Source: Octopus sinensis
Lineage: Eukaryota
Assembly: GCF_006345805.1 (NCBI RefSeq)
Contig: NC_043007.1
Span: 66,464,001-66,528,000 of the forward strand
Length of the DNA: 64,000 nt
Reading direction: 5' to 3'
The position numbers and the translations under genes were made by a program. Positions within the stretch are counted from its first letter, which is position 1; the number at the start of each line of letters is the position of its first letter. Shown piece after piece: positions 51,651 to 64,000 of the stretch. The notes beneath the pieces are model-generated. The model searched no databases. It had not been told where the DNA came from and was given only the letters and a program-made list of their open reading frames with translations.

Positions 51651-52599
51651 CACATAAATATTCGACCGACGTATGTTCTCATACATACATGCGTATATGC
51701 ACACATTCCGCATAGATGCATATGAAAACCCACATACAAACACAGAAGCACATGCACAGACCGCATGCACCAAAGGCACGTGTCGTCATTGAATCGCTGA
51801 TGCCCGCCAGCTATTTCTAACGCCTGCTGTGTCGTGGCACCGTCCATTTCTGTGACGCTCTCACGCTGAATTGAATTGGGAAAAACAAAAAGAAAAACAC
51901 CACCTTTTTTTTTTAAATCCCAGAAAACTCCACCTCTGCATCTTACTGCTTCTTCCTCCTTTCTTCTTTTTCTTCAACCGTCCCCTCCCCTTTCACCCTT
52001 ATTTCATTTCTCCTAATTCTTTCACCCGTCAGCTGTAAAGGAGACTATCTTCCAATTTCGCGAATGAATCCTCGTTCTTGCGAAATCGCTTTCTTTTCTT
52101 TCTCTTTCTTTATTCTGTTGTTGATTTTCTTTCACTTTTTCATTCATTTTTTTTTGTATGTTTTATCTTCTTCTTTATTTAGTTATTTATGTCTTTCTTT
52201 CTTGTTTTCATTCACTTTTATTTCATTTTTTCCTTCAACTTACCACTGCCTCCTCACTGTGATATGTTTCCCTACTAATTTCATCTAAAACCCCGATACC
52301 TAATCACACGCCAAATCACACGATATGGGCTTCACCTCCAACCACTACTGGTATATTTAAATATATTCAGTGTGATGATGATGATGATGATGATGATGAC
52401 GATGTTGCCGACGACGACGACAACAACAACAACTACGACGACAGCAACAACAAAAACATCAACAAGAATTCTTTCGTGAGTGGCCGCAAGGGCCTCAAAA
52501 ACATTTAGGACAATACAAAAACAAAAGATACTAGGAATTTATTTGCAAACAATAAAAAAAAAACAATGTCAATAAATACAATTCTAACAACAAAATCGT

Positions 52600-53400
52600 C
52601 ATCAAAAGGTTGAAATGCCACTCGGGAGCCAACTAGGAACAGCACAGACCTTGAATCATCCTACTCACCAGGAAATCTATGATAGGTGCTGGTCACTCTT
52701 CCGTATTTTCAGCCTACAGGCGCATGCTTATACTAAGTCCATTCAATTGGGCCATTCTCGCTACAGACACCAACTGTTTCGCAAATTTATTGGAAGTTAT
52801 CACCTTCTTCTCGACACCCACCTTCCTTTCCATGTAGAACTTCAAATAGTCGATGAGGATTTGGCCAAAAAGGAAAGTGACTGTCTTTAGCCCATTCAGT
52901 CACTCCACCACACAATCTTTTGCCAAAGCCACCTGTCCTTCCTGGTCAAAGAAAAGTAGTAGGGTGATCTTCATGATGAAGTCGGCCGATAGCTAGATCC
53001 ATCTTATCTGTGATAGCAGCTGTTCAACATATCTCCACAAGTCAGCAATACTCATGCGCTATACGAGCTCGTGCAGGGTGGCTTCGTATCTCTACGCGCA
53101 TCTCGTGCAGGTGCGGCTGAGGCTACCTCCATGCCTGTAGAATTCATGCCGAATCGAAAATGCCCTCCGGTATCACTGCAAGTCTAAGGGTTTCAGGAAA
53201 TTAAACACTAGACCTGGACCGAAAGTCCTCCGGCAAAAAATACAGCTGCTTGAATGTTATAGATGTCCAGAGATCCTCCGAGGACTTAGTCGCTTTTATC
53301 CGCCAATAATCCTCTATAGAATACCACGAGATGCGCTTAGAGAGACAATGCGATCTGCGCGCGTTTGTCCAGTGATCGAGTATTGCTGACTGGGGAGATA
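52600..53400 (-). mobile_element. old Tx1-type LINE remnant
   Basis: VALAKDCVVE*LNGLKTVTFLFGQILIDYLKFYMERKVGVEKKV...VSVARMA matches the C-terminus of copy A. Confidence 0.75.
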
Positions 53401-53404
53401 CGTT

Positions 53405-53710
53405 GAACAGCTGCTAACACATGTAATTTCACGAGCAGGCTGTTCCGTTGATCAGATCAACTGGAAATTAACGTGCAAGTAGCTTAGTACTCTACAGATG
53501 CGCGTGCCCTTAATGTAGTTCTAAGGGAGATTCAGCGTGACACAAGGCTGATCCTTTGAAATACAAATACTATTCATTTCTGCCAGCCGAATGCACTGGA
53601 GGAACGTAAAATAAAGTGCCTTGCTCAAGGACACAACTCATCGCTGGGTATCGAACTCAAGACCTTATGATCGTGAGGCAAATATTTTAACCACGAAGCC
53701 ACGCGCCTTC
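53405..53710 (-). mobile_element. diverged SINE with the 12338-family tail
   Basis: gagcaggctgttccgttgatc...aattaacgtgcaagt...ccttaatgtagttct...ttcagcgtgacac. Confidence 0.7.
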
Positions 53711-53899
53711 ACTGGAGCATAATAGTAATTAATAAAGGAATAATAAATGTAGAAGAGTTATATAATTACTTTCATTAACTCAGAATTGTTTGGCACGTGT
53801 GCGTGTCTGTGTCTGTGTGCGTGTGTGTGTCTGTGTGCGCGCGTGTGTGTGTGTGTTTGTGTGTGTGTGTCTGTGTGTTGGAAAAAAAAGTCCTGATGG

Positions 53900-54960
53900 G
53901 AATAGAACAAATGCTTCTTTAGTCTTAATTTTTGTTATTAATAAAGATAATATTTTCCTTCGTTATTGATAACATAATTTCCTCTATTTAGCAAATTATT
54001 AATCTCTCAGGCGAAAAAATTCTTCAGCTTTCGAAGCAAAGAAACACTGAATATCTCATTTCAAGCACTACCCAAATAATAAACTGTTTTTCCTTCTAAA
54101 TAATGCTGCAATGATCTGAAAAGTTGATAGTTAGATAGAGCAAGGTCAGGCGAGTGGGGAAGATGAGGCAAAAATTACATATTTAGTGCCATAATCTTTT
54201 TTCCTGTGTGATTTAAGCAATATATGGTCTTGCATTATCACGTAAGTCCAATATGTCTTTACGACTGAACAATGATGGGTGCAATACTTCCATTTGACGA
54301 TAATACATCTCCACATTGAGAGTTATTTTGCTTTATCACTTCATGATATATGACACCATTCATATCTCACCAAACACAGAGCATAACTTTTCTTGATCGT
54401 AGTCCTAGTTTGGGAATAGATTCCTCATTTTCGTTGGGTGTTAGCCATTGTCGTTTGATAAGATTTGAGAGAACCAACGTTTCATCACTTGTGATGATTC
54501 TACCCAGAAAAGGTTCGGTAGCAAGTCTATTCTTCAATAACGAACAGAGGGCAACTCTTTGATTAAGCTGAGAAGCAGCGATATGATGAGAGACTCACTG
54601 ACCAAGTTTAGACAATTTTCCTAGTTCATGAAGCTGTTTTCTCATCGAAGTGTGACTTAAATTGAACTATTTTGCTCATTTTCGTGTGCAATTTACTTTG
54701 GATTTTCCTCAGCTCCAGTTTTCAGAAGCTCAAAACTGACAAATCCTGGTCATCTAGATCAAGGGGAATCTGCGAGAGAAAAATTTCTCAAGCGAAACTT
54801 ATCAAGCCATCGTTGGCATGTTCGGAAACTTAAAGCATCATTTTCATAGACGGGACCAATATTTTCTGCCACGTCCGTTGCTGAAGTGCCCCTCTTTTAA
54901 TTGATATAGTATAAAGTGACTGATATGGATGGTCTGATCTAAACTCATTTTAAAAGGTAA
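53900..54960 (-). pseudogene. mariner (Mos1/SETMAR-like) transposase remnant
   Basis: RTCQRWLDKFR, LGRIITSDET, RKVMLCVW, RDNARPY and PHSPDLALSNYQLFRSLQH on the minus strand, with many stops. Confidence 0.8.
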
Positions 54961-55115
54961 CAATCGACACAAATTTAACAAGTATTATATATAGTAATAT
55001 GCAGAGAATGAAAAACATTACAATGTATAAATTAATGCTTATTTTACCGTAAGTATAGAGAAACTACCTTCAAAGGGATCAAGTAAGAAATTGAAGCTGA
55101 AACTTCTTTCCAATC

Positions 55116-55196
<81 letters not shown>

Positions 55197-55419
55197 ATTT
55201 CAAGATTTATTGTCAATAGAGAAAGAGACGGTTTCTAACCTAGATCCAAGGTTCTTTCATTGAAATTTTAATATCAGCAAGGAATTTGTGCATATTTGAA
55301 TGTATGTGTGCAGTATTTTTAGTGCATGTGCATATTTGTATGTTTTGTTTTATGCATATATTCTCATGCATATAATTGCATGTCTAGATATGCACATTAA
55401 AGCTTAAATGCTAAACTTC

Positions 55420-55800
55420 TGTAAACTTTTACAAATGTTGACAGTTCCTTTGGTGGCTTGAATCTGTAATCTTCTAATTAACTTTCTCCTTTCTGATTTT
55501 GAGAAGCTTAATTTCTCAAGACTGATGAGTAGGCAGTTTGCTACATATCCCAGTGCACCAATAATTACAGGTATAAACCTGAACTTGTGAATCTGAGTAA
55601 AATAGCTGTAAATTTCTTTCCAAGGAGATGAAGAACAACTTATGGTGAACCAACCGAAAAAGTCTCATCTTCGCAATATTTTGTCCAAATCCTGCTCCTT
55701 TATCGATCACATCAACAACGGGCTATCGATATCTGACAGCATTTTTGGTTTCCTATCACACCGTAACTCTTACAAGCCTGAGGCTCAAATTGAAAGGCAT
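55420..55800 (-). mobile_element. RLE-LINE C-terminal remnant
   Basis: ERNLQLFY...KFRFIPVIIGALGYV. Confidence 0.5.
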
Positions 55801-57129
55801 TATTTATCACACTAATGTCGTCTCCACGTAACTGAGGTTGCGAAACCTGCTTGAGGGGTTTAATAAAAACAAAAAGCTAAAACTGATTTTAAACCACAAA
55901 AGCGGTGACCATGTTACTAACAAAGAAACGCCGCGAAGGCCGAAAACTGGGAGAATTGAAAAAGCATCATCTCCGATGATTACGACATAATGAATGTAAT
56001 TACCAGATACGATAATATTCAGGCAAATCTTGTACTCTGAGCTTGCGAGTGGACATCACTCAAAGCCATACACCTAAAAACCGATTCTCTGCCCCGGTGA
56101 GAAAGAAGAAACTCTTTTCCACTGGCAACTGTGAAAATGTCACGAAAGATTGTAAGAACTAGAAGCGATAGGGAAGGGGGAGTTGCTGCAGACTTGTTTG
56201 ATACTAGTGGAAAAAAGGGAAAAGTGCTAGAAGGAACGGAAAAGCCCAGCAGTGGCTTCTTTAATGAAGGCTGCTCCCGCAGCCTCAATTTGGTTCCATA
56301 CGGTAAAGTATGTTTTAGACATCGAAACGTTTAGTCATAAAACATGGAAACGCCGCAAACAAAAATGAGAAAGTGATTGGCGTTAAAATTAAGAAAATAT
56401 CCTCCACTTTGAGCTCACAAAAAAGAGATATAATGTGTGTGTGTGTGTGTATTGAAAGTCAGGACTATCTTCCAACTTAATACCATTATAAAGGGTTTTT
56501 TCTTTGCTTTTGCATGAGACACAGTGTGTTAGGTATACTCACATATACTGGGTGCGAAAAGTATTTGAGGACATATTCAGTGATTTAATAAAACAACCAC
56601 AATCTTGCCGAAGTCTAAATATATTGTCATAAAAAAAATTTTGCACATGTTCTTGATAAGATTTCCTGTAAGATTATTCAATAACTCTGCCTTTAGTTTC
56701 TACGACTGCTTCCATGCGGGTCCGGAATCGTTGAGATGCCTTCATTATTTGGCCCTTATTCATTTCGGACCATTTAAAACGGACAATGTAAAAACGTTTC
56801 ACACTGAAACATTTGCAAATAAAGCTGCCACACCCTCTACATTACTCTTGCCTTCCCATTTGTCTCTCACTCCCGGCTTCATCCACCTCCTCACTTCCAC
56901 CTCTCCACGCAAACTCAACTATCACACGGAGACACACGTACAGATACACATACACGCACACATACACATACACATGATGACACACACATAACCAACACCT
57001 CAACTCCCACTAAACTATGCCTTGATATTTCTGCACTTACACACTTTTACATGTATAATTGCACACACACACATAACTCACCCAAATGTCCGCTTTCAGA
57101 AGCATATATACCAGGCAGAGTAAAAATTA

Positions 57130-57625
57130 AGCAACGTTTTGAAACATGAAATTCATCACAATATATGTCAACAATGCGAACATTTTATTCATCAAACTAA
57201 GTACTATTACAATCAACACATTCTTGCCAACGAGTTACAAGTTTGTTTATTCCGGTAACATCAAAATCTGCAGTTCTGCAGCTGCTGAACTCCTTGAACA
57301 CACTTTCAGTATTGGTTTGATTTTTAAACTCCTTCTCTCGCAGGAAACCAAGATGCTTGAAAAAGTGGTAGTCGGTAGGAGAAAGGTGTAGGGAATAAAC
57401 TGGGTGGGGAAGAACTTTGTATCCAAGTTCCCTCAATTTCTGCAACTTATTAGTGAAATGTGTGACGGAGCATTTTCATGAAGACTGATTGGCCCTCTTC
57501 TATTGACCAGTCTGGGACGGAGGAGTAACAGTTTTTCGTTCATTTTTGGCAATTTCATGGCAATACGTTTCTGCAGTAATGGTTTTTCCGAGTTTTAGGT
57601 AGTTATAGTGGATGAATCCAGTAGT
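57130..57625 (-). pseudogene. mariner transposase 3' remnant
   Basis: QKLRELGYKVLPHPVYSLHLSPTDYHFFKHL...GINKLVTRWQECVD. Confidence 0.85.
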
Positions 57626-57629
57626 ACAC

Positions 57630-57870
57630 CACCAAACAGTCATCATAACCTTATTTTTGAAGAGCTCAGGTTTAGGGAAAGTTTTCGGTGCTTATTTTGG
57701 TACACATTCTTTATTTTCTCTCCTTGTTCCTTTGTGTTCTTTTCTGTGGAAGAGCGTAGGCTCGAACCGTTAAATATTTTTTTCACTTCCCGAGCGTTAA
57801 ACTAATACATCTGTTTATTGTCTACGCCACATGTCTTCGTCTTTTGGGGGTTTTTTGGTGAATTCTCACT
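57630..57870 (+). mobile_element. Penelope pseudo-LTR-like fragment
   Basis: Inverse copy of 32500-32670. Confidence 0.55.
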
Positions 57871-57879
57871 ATATATATA

Positions 57880-57926
<47 letters not shown>

Positions 57927-58413
57927 CATATACATAAATATATTATAAACAACCTATAATCAGCGCATTAGCAAAGAGGCATATTTTATGGCAAATCATA
58001 AACCCCTTTTAAATGCTTCCACCACAAATGACACTACAGCAAGGGCCTTAATGCCCTAGCAAATATTAAAAACGATTTATTTAGAACAGTCACTGCCCAT
58101 GAATTCATTCAGAGTAATTCCAATCACGACTACTATAACCACAACAGGTCACATTTAGGTCACTTGACCATTTAAACTCCACTTACATCCTATTACTGTC
58201 ATACCACTCCCGTCTTTTTCTTATTCCCTCTCTCTCTTCCTTTCATGCTTTCTTCTTCTTCCTCTCCTTATTCCTCTCCTTCTTCTTCTTCTTCGCCGTC
58301 TCCTTCCTCGGCTACTGCTGCGTAAACAATCAAAACCAAGAACGTACATCCCTCATGTTAAATATTCCTTCAGACCTACTACTACCTACCAACCGAGCTT
58401 TCATAAAAGTAAA

Positions 58414-58450
<37 letters not shown>

Positions 58451-58461
58451 AGAGAGAAAGA

Positions 58462-58620
58462 AAATGCCCCAAGTATTTGAAAACTATGGAACTATTTTTT
58501 TAAAAACATTTAATTTCATTTTTCCGCAATTTAATTGCTTTTTATGCTTTACTCTAATTTGAAAAAGTTTCAAAAACTGAAACCGGTACTAAAATGTTCT
58601 TCATGATAAAATTATTTTAG
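58462..58620 (+). mobile_element. Penelope 3' tail fragment
   Basis: Matches 19420-19590 (tttgaaaactatgga...actgaaaccggtactaaaatgttc...atgataaaattattttag). Confidence 0.65.
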
Positions 58621-58881
58621 CATTTTCTGCCTTGTCCTATTTTCATTTATATATATATATATATATATATAGTCAACAGATGAGATCCAGAGATTCTGTG
58701 TATTGGAAACACTTAGTAGCGCTTAAAGGATTCGAACTTAGATTCCAATGTCTTTACGAGGAGTAAAGAGTGGCTAGAAGAGGAATCCAAGTGAGTAGAT
58801 ATGGAGGCAATTATGCGGATAAACAAATTAGATGTAGTAGCTTGGGTATGATATACAATTTACATATATATACGTGTATAG

Positions 58882-59413
58882 GCATGCAAACAGAGAGAAA
58901 ACAAAGACGGAATTTTCAGACGATGAATATTCAAGTGGGGAGAAGTAAGGTGTTATAAGTCCAATAGCTAATTCTGGGGTATCGGAGAACCACCGTAATA
59001 TTGGTAGATGTACTTCACCAAAATATGCAACTCCTAATTAGATAAATCTAGCCTCCTTTATCAATGTACCTTTAAACTTCTTTGCATCATGACCTGAAAT
59101 GTAAGAATTTTTTCTACCCAGATGACGTAGGTTCGATTTATCCAATGTTTATTTGCTTTCATTACGCGCTGCATATTTTGGTAAATTACATCTTCTAACA
59201 TTATGATGGGTCTCTTTGCCCCCCCCCCTCCCCACCACCACCACGAAACAGCTGTTGGACTTATAACACCATACCTCTTATGCTTTCAGTTTTCTCTGTC
59301 GTTTGTATTCTGTGTAAGTTTGATCCATTAATATATAAATATTCCTAAATATTTATACTTAAATATTCATCGTCTGAAACTGTTCAGGCTTTGCATTCTT
59401 TCTGTTTGCATGC
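58882..59413. mobile_element. probable MITE
   Basis: gcatgcaaacaga...tttcagacgatgaatatt is mirrored at 59355-59413. Confidence 0.55.
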
Positions 59414-59424
59414 ATATATATATA

Positions 59425-59750
59425 TATCCTTTCGAGGTCGATAAATGAAGTACCAGTTACGCACTTGGATCGATGTAATCGACTTAATCCCTTTGTCAGT
59501 CTTTGTTTGTCCCCTCTATGTTTAGCCCCTCGTGGGCAATAAAGAAATAAGAACCGTTAGGACGCCGGGCGAAATGCTTAGCGGTATTTCGTCTGTCTTT
59601 ATGTTCTGAGTTCAAATTCCGCTGAGGTCGATTTTGTCTTTCATCCTTTCGGGTTCGATAAATTAGGTACCAGTTTTGTACTGAGGTCAATCTAATCGAC
59701 TGGCCCCCTCCCCGAAAATTTCGAGTCTTGTGCCTAAAGTAGAAAAGTTT
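59425..59750 (+). mobile_element. multimer-family SINE (partial unit plus linker, unit and tail)
   Basis: Same core and linker as 25133-25900. Confidence 0.8.
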
Positions 59751-60199
59751 AGTGTCTGAGACGTTAGAGGTAAACAGTGAAATCGAAAATGAAGAAATGC
59801 ATAATGGACGTATACGCCTTATTCCGTGAGTCTTTGCTCCTTCATCAGCGCCCATCCAACCCATTTACCATCCACAAACTCATTGCTTAATTAGCCACTG
59901 CATATAGTTATGTAGCGCTATTGGGTATACCAATTTTGCATATTAATCACATTCCTGGAACCTGCTACATAAATATTAATGACTTATAGGGAAACGGTAT
60001 TTCGTTGTGCAACCATAATATTAAGCATTTTTATAAGTCAATGCTTTAATATTTTGATATTAGATGATATTAAAGTTCAAAAACAGGTAAAAATGTAACC
60101 GATGTGGGTTTTGTCCAAAGATGAGGTAGGCTTGTCTAAACCCCTTCAGAGGTTGGTATGGGTTTGAGGGGATTCGGTATCAATGACAATGGTGTTTTT

Positions 60200-60615
60200 T
60201 GTTTACTCTTTTACTCTTTTACTTGTTTCAGTCATTTGACTGCGGCCATGCTGGAGCACCGCCTTTAGTCGAGCAAATCGACCCCGGGACTTATTCTTTG
60301 TAAGCCCAGTACTTATTCTATCAGTCTCTTTTGCCGAACCGCTAAGTGACGGGGACGTAAACACACCAGCATCGGTTGTTAAGCAATGCTAGGGGGACAA
60401 ACACAGACACACAAACACACACACACATACATATATATATATACATATATACGACAGGCTTCTTTCAGTTTCCGTCTACCAAATCCACTCACAAGGCATT
60501 GGTCGGCCCGGGGCTATAGCAGAAGACACTTGCCCAAGATGCCACGCAGTGGGATTGATCCCGGAACCATGTGGTTGGTTAACAAGCTACTTACCACACA
60601 GCCACTCCTGCGCCT
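60200..60615 (-). mobile_element. full-length SINE (tRNA head, CORE-like segment, microsatellite, (TTTACTC) tail)
   Basis: Head RC aggcgcaggagtggctgtgtggtaagtagcttg...ggttccgggatcaatccc. Confidence 0.9.
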
Positions 60616-60791
60616 TGTTTGTTTTTATTGATATCAACTGCTACATCTACTAACAGTCCTATGATACTATACTTCCACCTCTACCACCTCCACCAGCATC
60701 ATTACTACCGTATTTATTAGTACCAGTACTACGATCCCTACCACCACCGTTGACGTCATTATCACCACTACTAATATTACTGCTTATGGTA

Positions 60792-61085
60792 AAGACCTCC
60801 TTCGGTCATGAATGACCATGGGATTGCACCTAGAAAGTTACCCTCAGAGGCACAAGTCCGGGCAAAGTTGTTTATAGAAGACCAGCAGTCACCCATGCAT
60901 ACCACCCTCCCATTTCCGCGCCACCGATGTTATTCAAGGGAAAGGCTGAAGCCCATACAACCTTCGCACCAGTGACGTCACTGTTCCTTTCTACGTCTTG
61001 CTCAAAAATACAACACACAGCCTGGACCGGGAATCGAACTCACTATCTCATGACTATAAGCCCGATTACCTCCGCTACAACAGCC
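60792..61085 (-). mobile_element. SINE of the 48470 family
   Basis: Tail aagacctccttcggtcatgaatgaccatgggattgcac; head near 61085. Confidence 0.75.
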
Positions 61086-62009
61086 ACAGTTATTACTACC
61101 AACAGCACCACCACTACAATCACTACAACCACTAACATCATCACTACCACCACTATCGCCATGATCTATACTACCACAGACACCACTACAGCCGCAACCA
61201 CCGTCATCACTCTCACAGTCAACACCTCAGGCACCACCGATACTATCACCCCATCCTTACAACTACCAACACCAACCACTGCAGATACTACCTTAGCAGC
61301 TATTAAAACAACCACCAGCCACTACAGTCACAACCACCAGAGAGATCACCATAACCACTACCGCAACCTGAACCATCTCCATCGACACCACTACCACCAT
61401 AACGACCACCACCACCATCGCTACCGAACCCCCACCACCGCCACCGATACTACTGTGATACAACTCTGGCCAGATGGACGTTGAAATCACGAGCGCCATT
61501 GTCAATAGTGAAGCAGACAAGCCGTCGAGTGCTGACAGATGGACCGGGCCATCTGTGATAGCGGCAAATAGCACGGATCATGGGTGTGGTGGAGAGGTAA
61601 CCTTCTTCATTAGCTGTGTTCGGCCAAGGGAGGGAGTGGTTGGAAAATAGCAGTCGGGGATGGAGTGTGATAGCGGCACACGAACCAATGTTTACGTTTA
61701 TTTTCATGTTAAGCTAAGTAAGAAGTAAAGAGAACGTTGGCAACTCAACACGAGAGTAAGGCCCTAAAGAGGAAATTAATGTTGTTATGGAAAGATAAAA
61801 ACCAGGATTTCGTCGAAATATTTTCAAAGCTACTTTTTGTCGTTGATTGCTTTAGTTTTCTTGTATTTTTCTTTATACTTTTTTCTGTTTCTTTCATTTT
61901 TATTACTATGGCTTTCTTTGACGAATATTTATTGTCTAACCGCTGTTCTAAATACGACCATCCTGTCTCTTTTTCACTCATCTGCGGCACTGGATTAGCA
62001 AAATCGTTT

Positions 62010-62320
62010 GAGCCTCCAAGACAAAAGGTGTTGCGGTATTTCTTCCAGCTCTTCGCCTTCTGAGTTCAAATCCAGTTGAAGTAAGCGTTGACTTTCATCC
62101 TTTCAGACATGATGAAATAAATACGTATTTCTTTATTACCCACAAGGGGCTAAACATGGAGGGGACAAACAAGGACAGACATAGGTATTAAGTCGATCAC
62201 ATCGACCCCAGTGCGTACCTGGTACTTAGTTTATCGACCCCGAAAGGATGAAAGGCAAAGACGACCTCGGCGGAATTTGAACTCAGAACGTAACGACAGA
62301 CGAAATACGGCTAAGCAATA
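62010..62320 (-). mobile_element. multimer-family SINE fragments
   Basis: Core and linker on the minus strand (62125-62310), with a + strand core fragment at 62030-62110. Confidence 0.75.
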
Positions 62321-62940
62321 CGGCTAAGAAATAAATACCGGTCATGTACTGGAGTCTGTAGCAATATCTAACCTCCTCCTTACGAAAGTTAGCTTTATGC
62401 TTAAATTAGAAACTATATTATACCTATGACAGTTTATCCGTTGTAGCGAATAAGTTCTGAATTACTGGAATTAATGAATTCTTCGAAGGTATTTTGAACT
62501 CGTACATTATTATGAAATTATCGAGGTACTTGAAAAAGTGGACATCGGTCGAAGAGAGGTCTAAGAGAAGGAGTTTTGTAGACCAGTTCGTTCAAAATAT
62601 GCAGTTGTTTGCAACATATGTGGTCGGGCGTTCTCATGGGAAAGAACTAGTTCTTTTTCGGTTGATCAACGCTGCACGTATTTCTCAGTTTTCTATTATA
62701 ATTACCATTTTAATAGCCGCAGTTATTCATTATATAAATAGTGCAATTATTCATAATATCTATTTACTTTTCAAAATGACGGCGATTTGGTCGCCAATTC
62801 TTGCAAACACATTTTTCATTTGTTTCTGCTTATTTGGTCGCCAATTCTTGTAGACATTTTTTTCATTTGTTTCTGCTTATTTTAGTATCATCTTTCTGTG
62901 ATGGACACAGTCGGAAATTTTTAATGCATTTCTATCTAGG

Positions 62941-63215
62941 ATCAACATTCTATTCCACTTTCTCGGATCAACATTGCCTTTCAGTTCCTGAAAACAATTT
63001 CGCCTTTCATCCTTCCGGGATCAACTTTACTTTTCATGTTCTGTAAGCAACTTTACCTTTCAGGTTCTGAGATCAGCCCTGGCTTTCTCATTCTGCAAAC
63101 AACTTTGCTACATATTTTTCTGAGACAAACTTTACTATTCACATTCCGATATCAATTTCATCTTTCATCCTTCTGGGATCGACTGTGCCTTTCACATTCT
63201 GCAAATAACTTAGCT
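62941..63215 (+). repeat. degenerate minisatellite of ~26 bp (~11 units)
   Basis: Unit approximates atcaactttacctttcatgttctg(a/g). Confidence 0.7.
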
Positions 63216-63229
63216 ATATATCTTTCTGT

Positions 63230-63263
63230 GATCTATAAATTCATCCATCTATCCATCCATATA

Positions 63264-63327
<64 letters not shown>

Positions 63328-63340
63328 TAGATAGATAGAT

Positions 63341-63383
<43 letters not shown>

Positions 63384-63471
63384 GGATGCATGCATGCATG
63401 CATGTATGTGGGCGTGTATATATACATATATATATATAGTGCCCTTCCACTTACATTTGTGTGTGAATATA

Positions 63472-63515
<44 letters not shown>

Positions 63516-63745
63516 TATATATACTTCCTTTGGTGTTCTGCTTTGTTATAACTAGAAATTACTGTCACGAAAGGAGCATTAACTTTTTAAGGTTGTTCAA
63601 TTTTTCTCAGCGGATCAATTGAGTAAACCTATTAGTAACATACCTATAATGACTACTGAAAACAGCTGTAAGGCAAATTTGTTCTAGTAATGGAAAGTTA
63701 TGCCATGACCATTATTTATAACTTGTCATACATACATACATACAT

Positions 63746-63795
<50 letters not shown>

Positions 63796-63824
63796 ATTTG
63801 GAAATGGTCTTGTTTCCAGTTTAG

Positions 63825-63877
<53 letters not shown>

Positions 63878-63900
63878 GCACACACACACACATTAATTTA
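63230..63900. repeat. (TA)n/(GATA)n/(CA)n microsatellites
   Basis: Directly visible. Confidence 0.9.
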
Positions 63901-64000
63901 TATGTATATAATTTTGGGAACTTTTACGTGTGATTTTATTTCAATTTAATTATACGTCGTGTACTTATAAGCATGTATGTATTTTTGTAAGTATAATTGT

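Noticed and set aside
55522-55660. CUGAUGA followed by a hairpin and a distant GAAA..GUC (hammerhead look-alike)
   Set aside because: No GAAA directly after the hairpin, no convincing stem I or III, and it lies antisense to LINE coding remnants.
59800-59860. Minus-strand CUGAUGA-aggag...cuc hammerhead look-alike
   Set aside because: Lacks the GAAA box and a stem I closing on the core.

Overview
AT-rich, microsatellite-dense animal genomic DNA. The SINE families, repeat composition and (TATG)n/(GATA)n/(TAA)n density are most consistent with an octopus (coleoid cephalopod); this is inferred, not proven. No host protein-coding gene can be supported. Nearly all listed ORFs are microsatellite read-throughs or decayed transposon pieces: Tc1/mariner (one DD41D element with intact TIRs, several DD34D remnants, MITEs), R4/Dong-type and Hero-like RLE LINEs, Tx1/L1-type LINE 3' ends, Penelope-like elements, a non-autonomous Helitron, and several tRNA-derived SINE families, some multimeric. 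The standout is a tandem array of about 4.2 copies of a ~491-bp unit (12900-14954), flanked by a candidate 10-bp target-site duplication. Each full unit encodes a by-eye foldable type I hammerhead ribozyme (8-bp stem I, CUGAAGA, long stem II, GAAA, GUA cleavage triplet). The predicted cleavage sites are exactly 491 nt apart, the architecture expected of a non-LTR retrozyme / circular-RNA retroelement. All folds and family calls were made by eye, without database searches, and many element boundaries are approximate.
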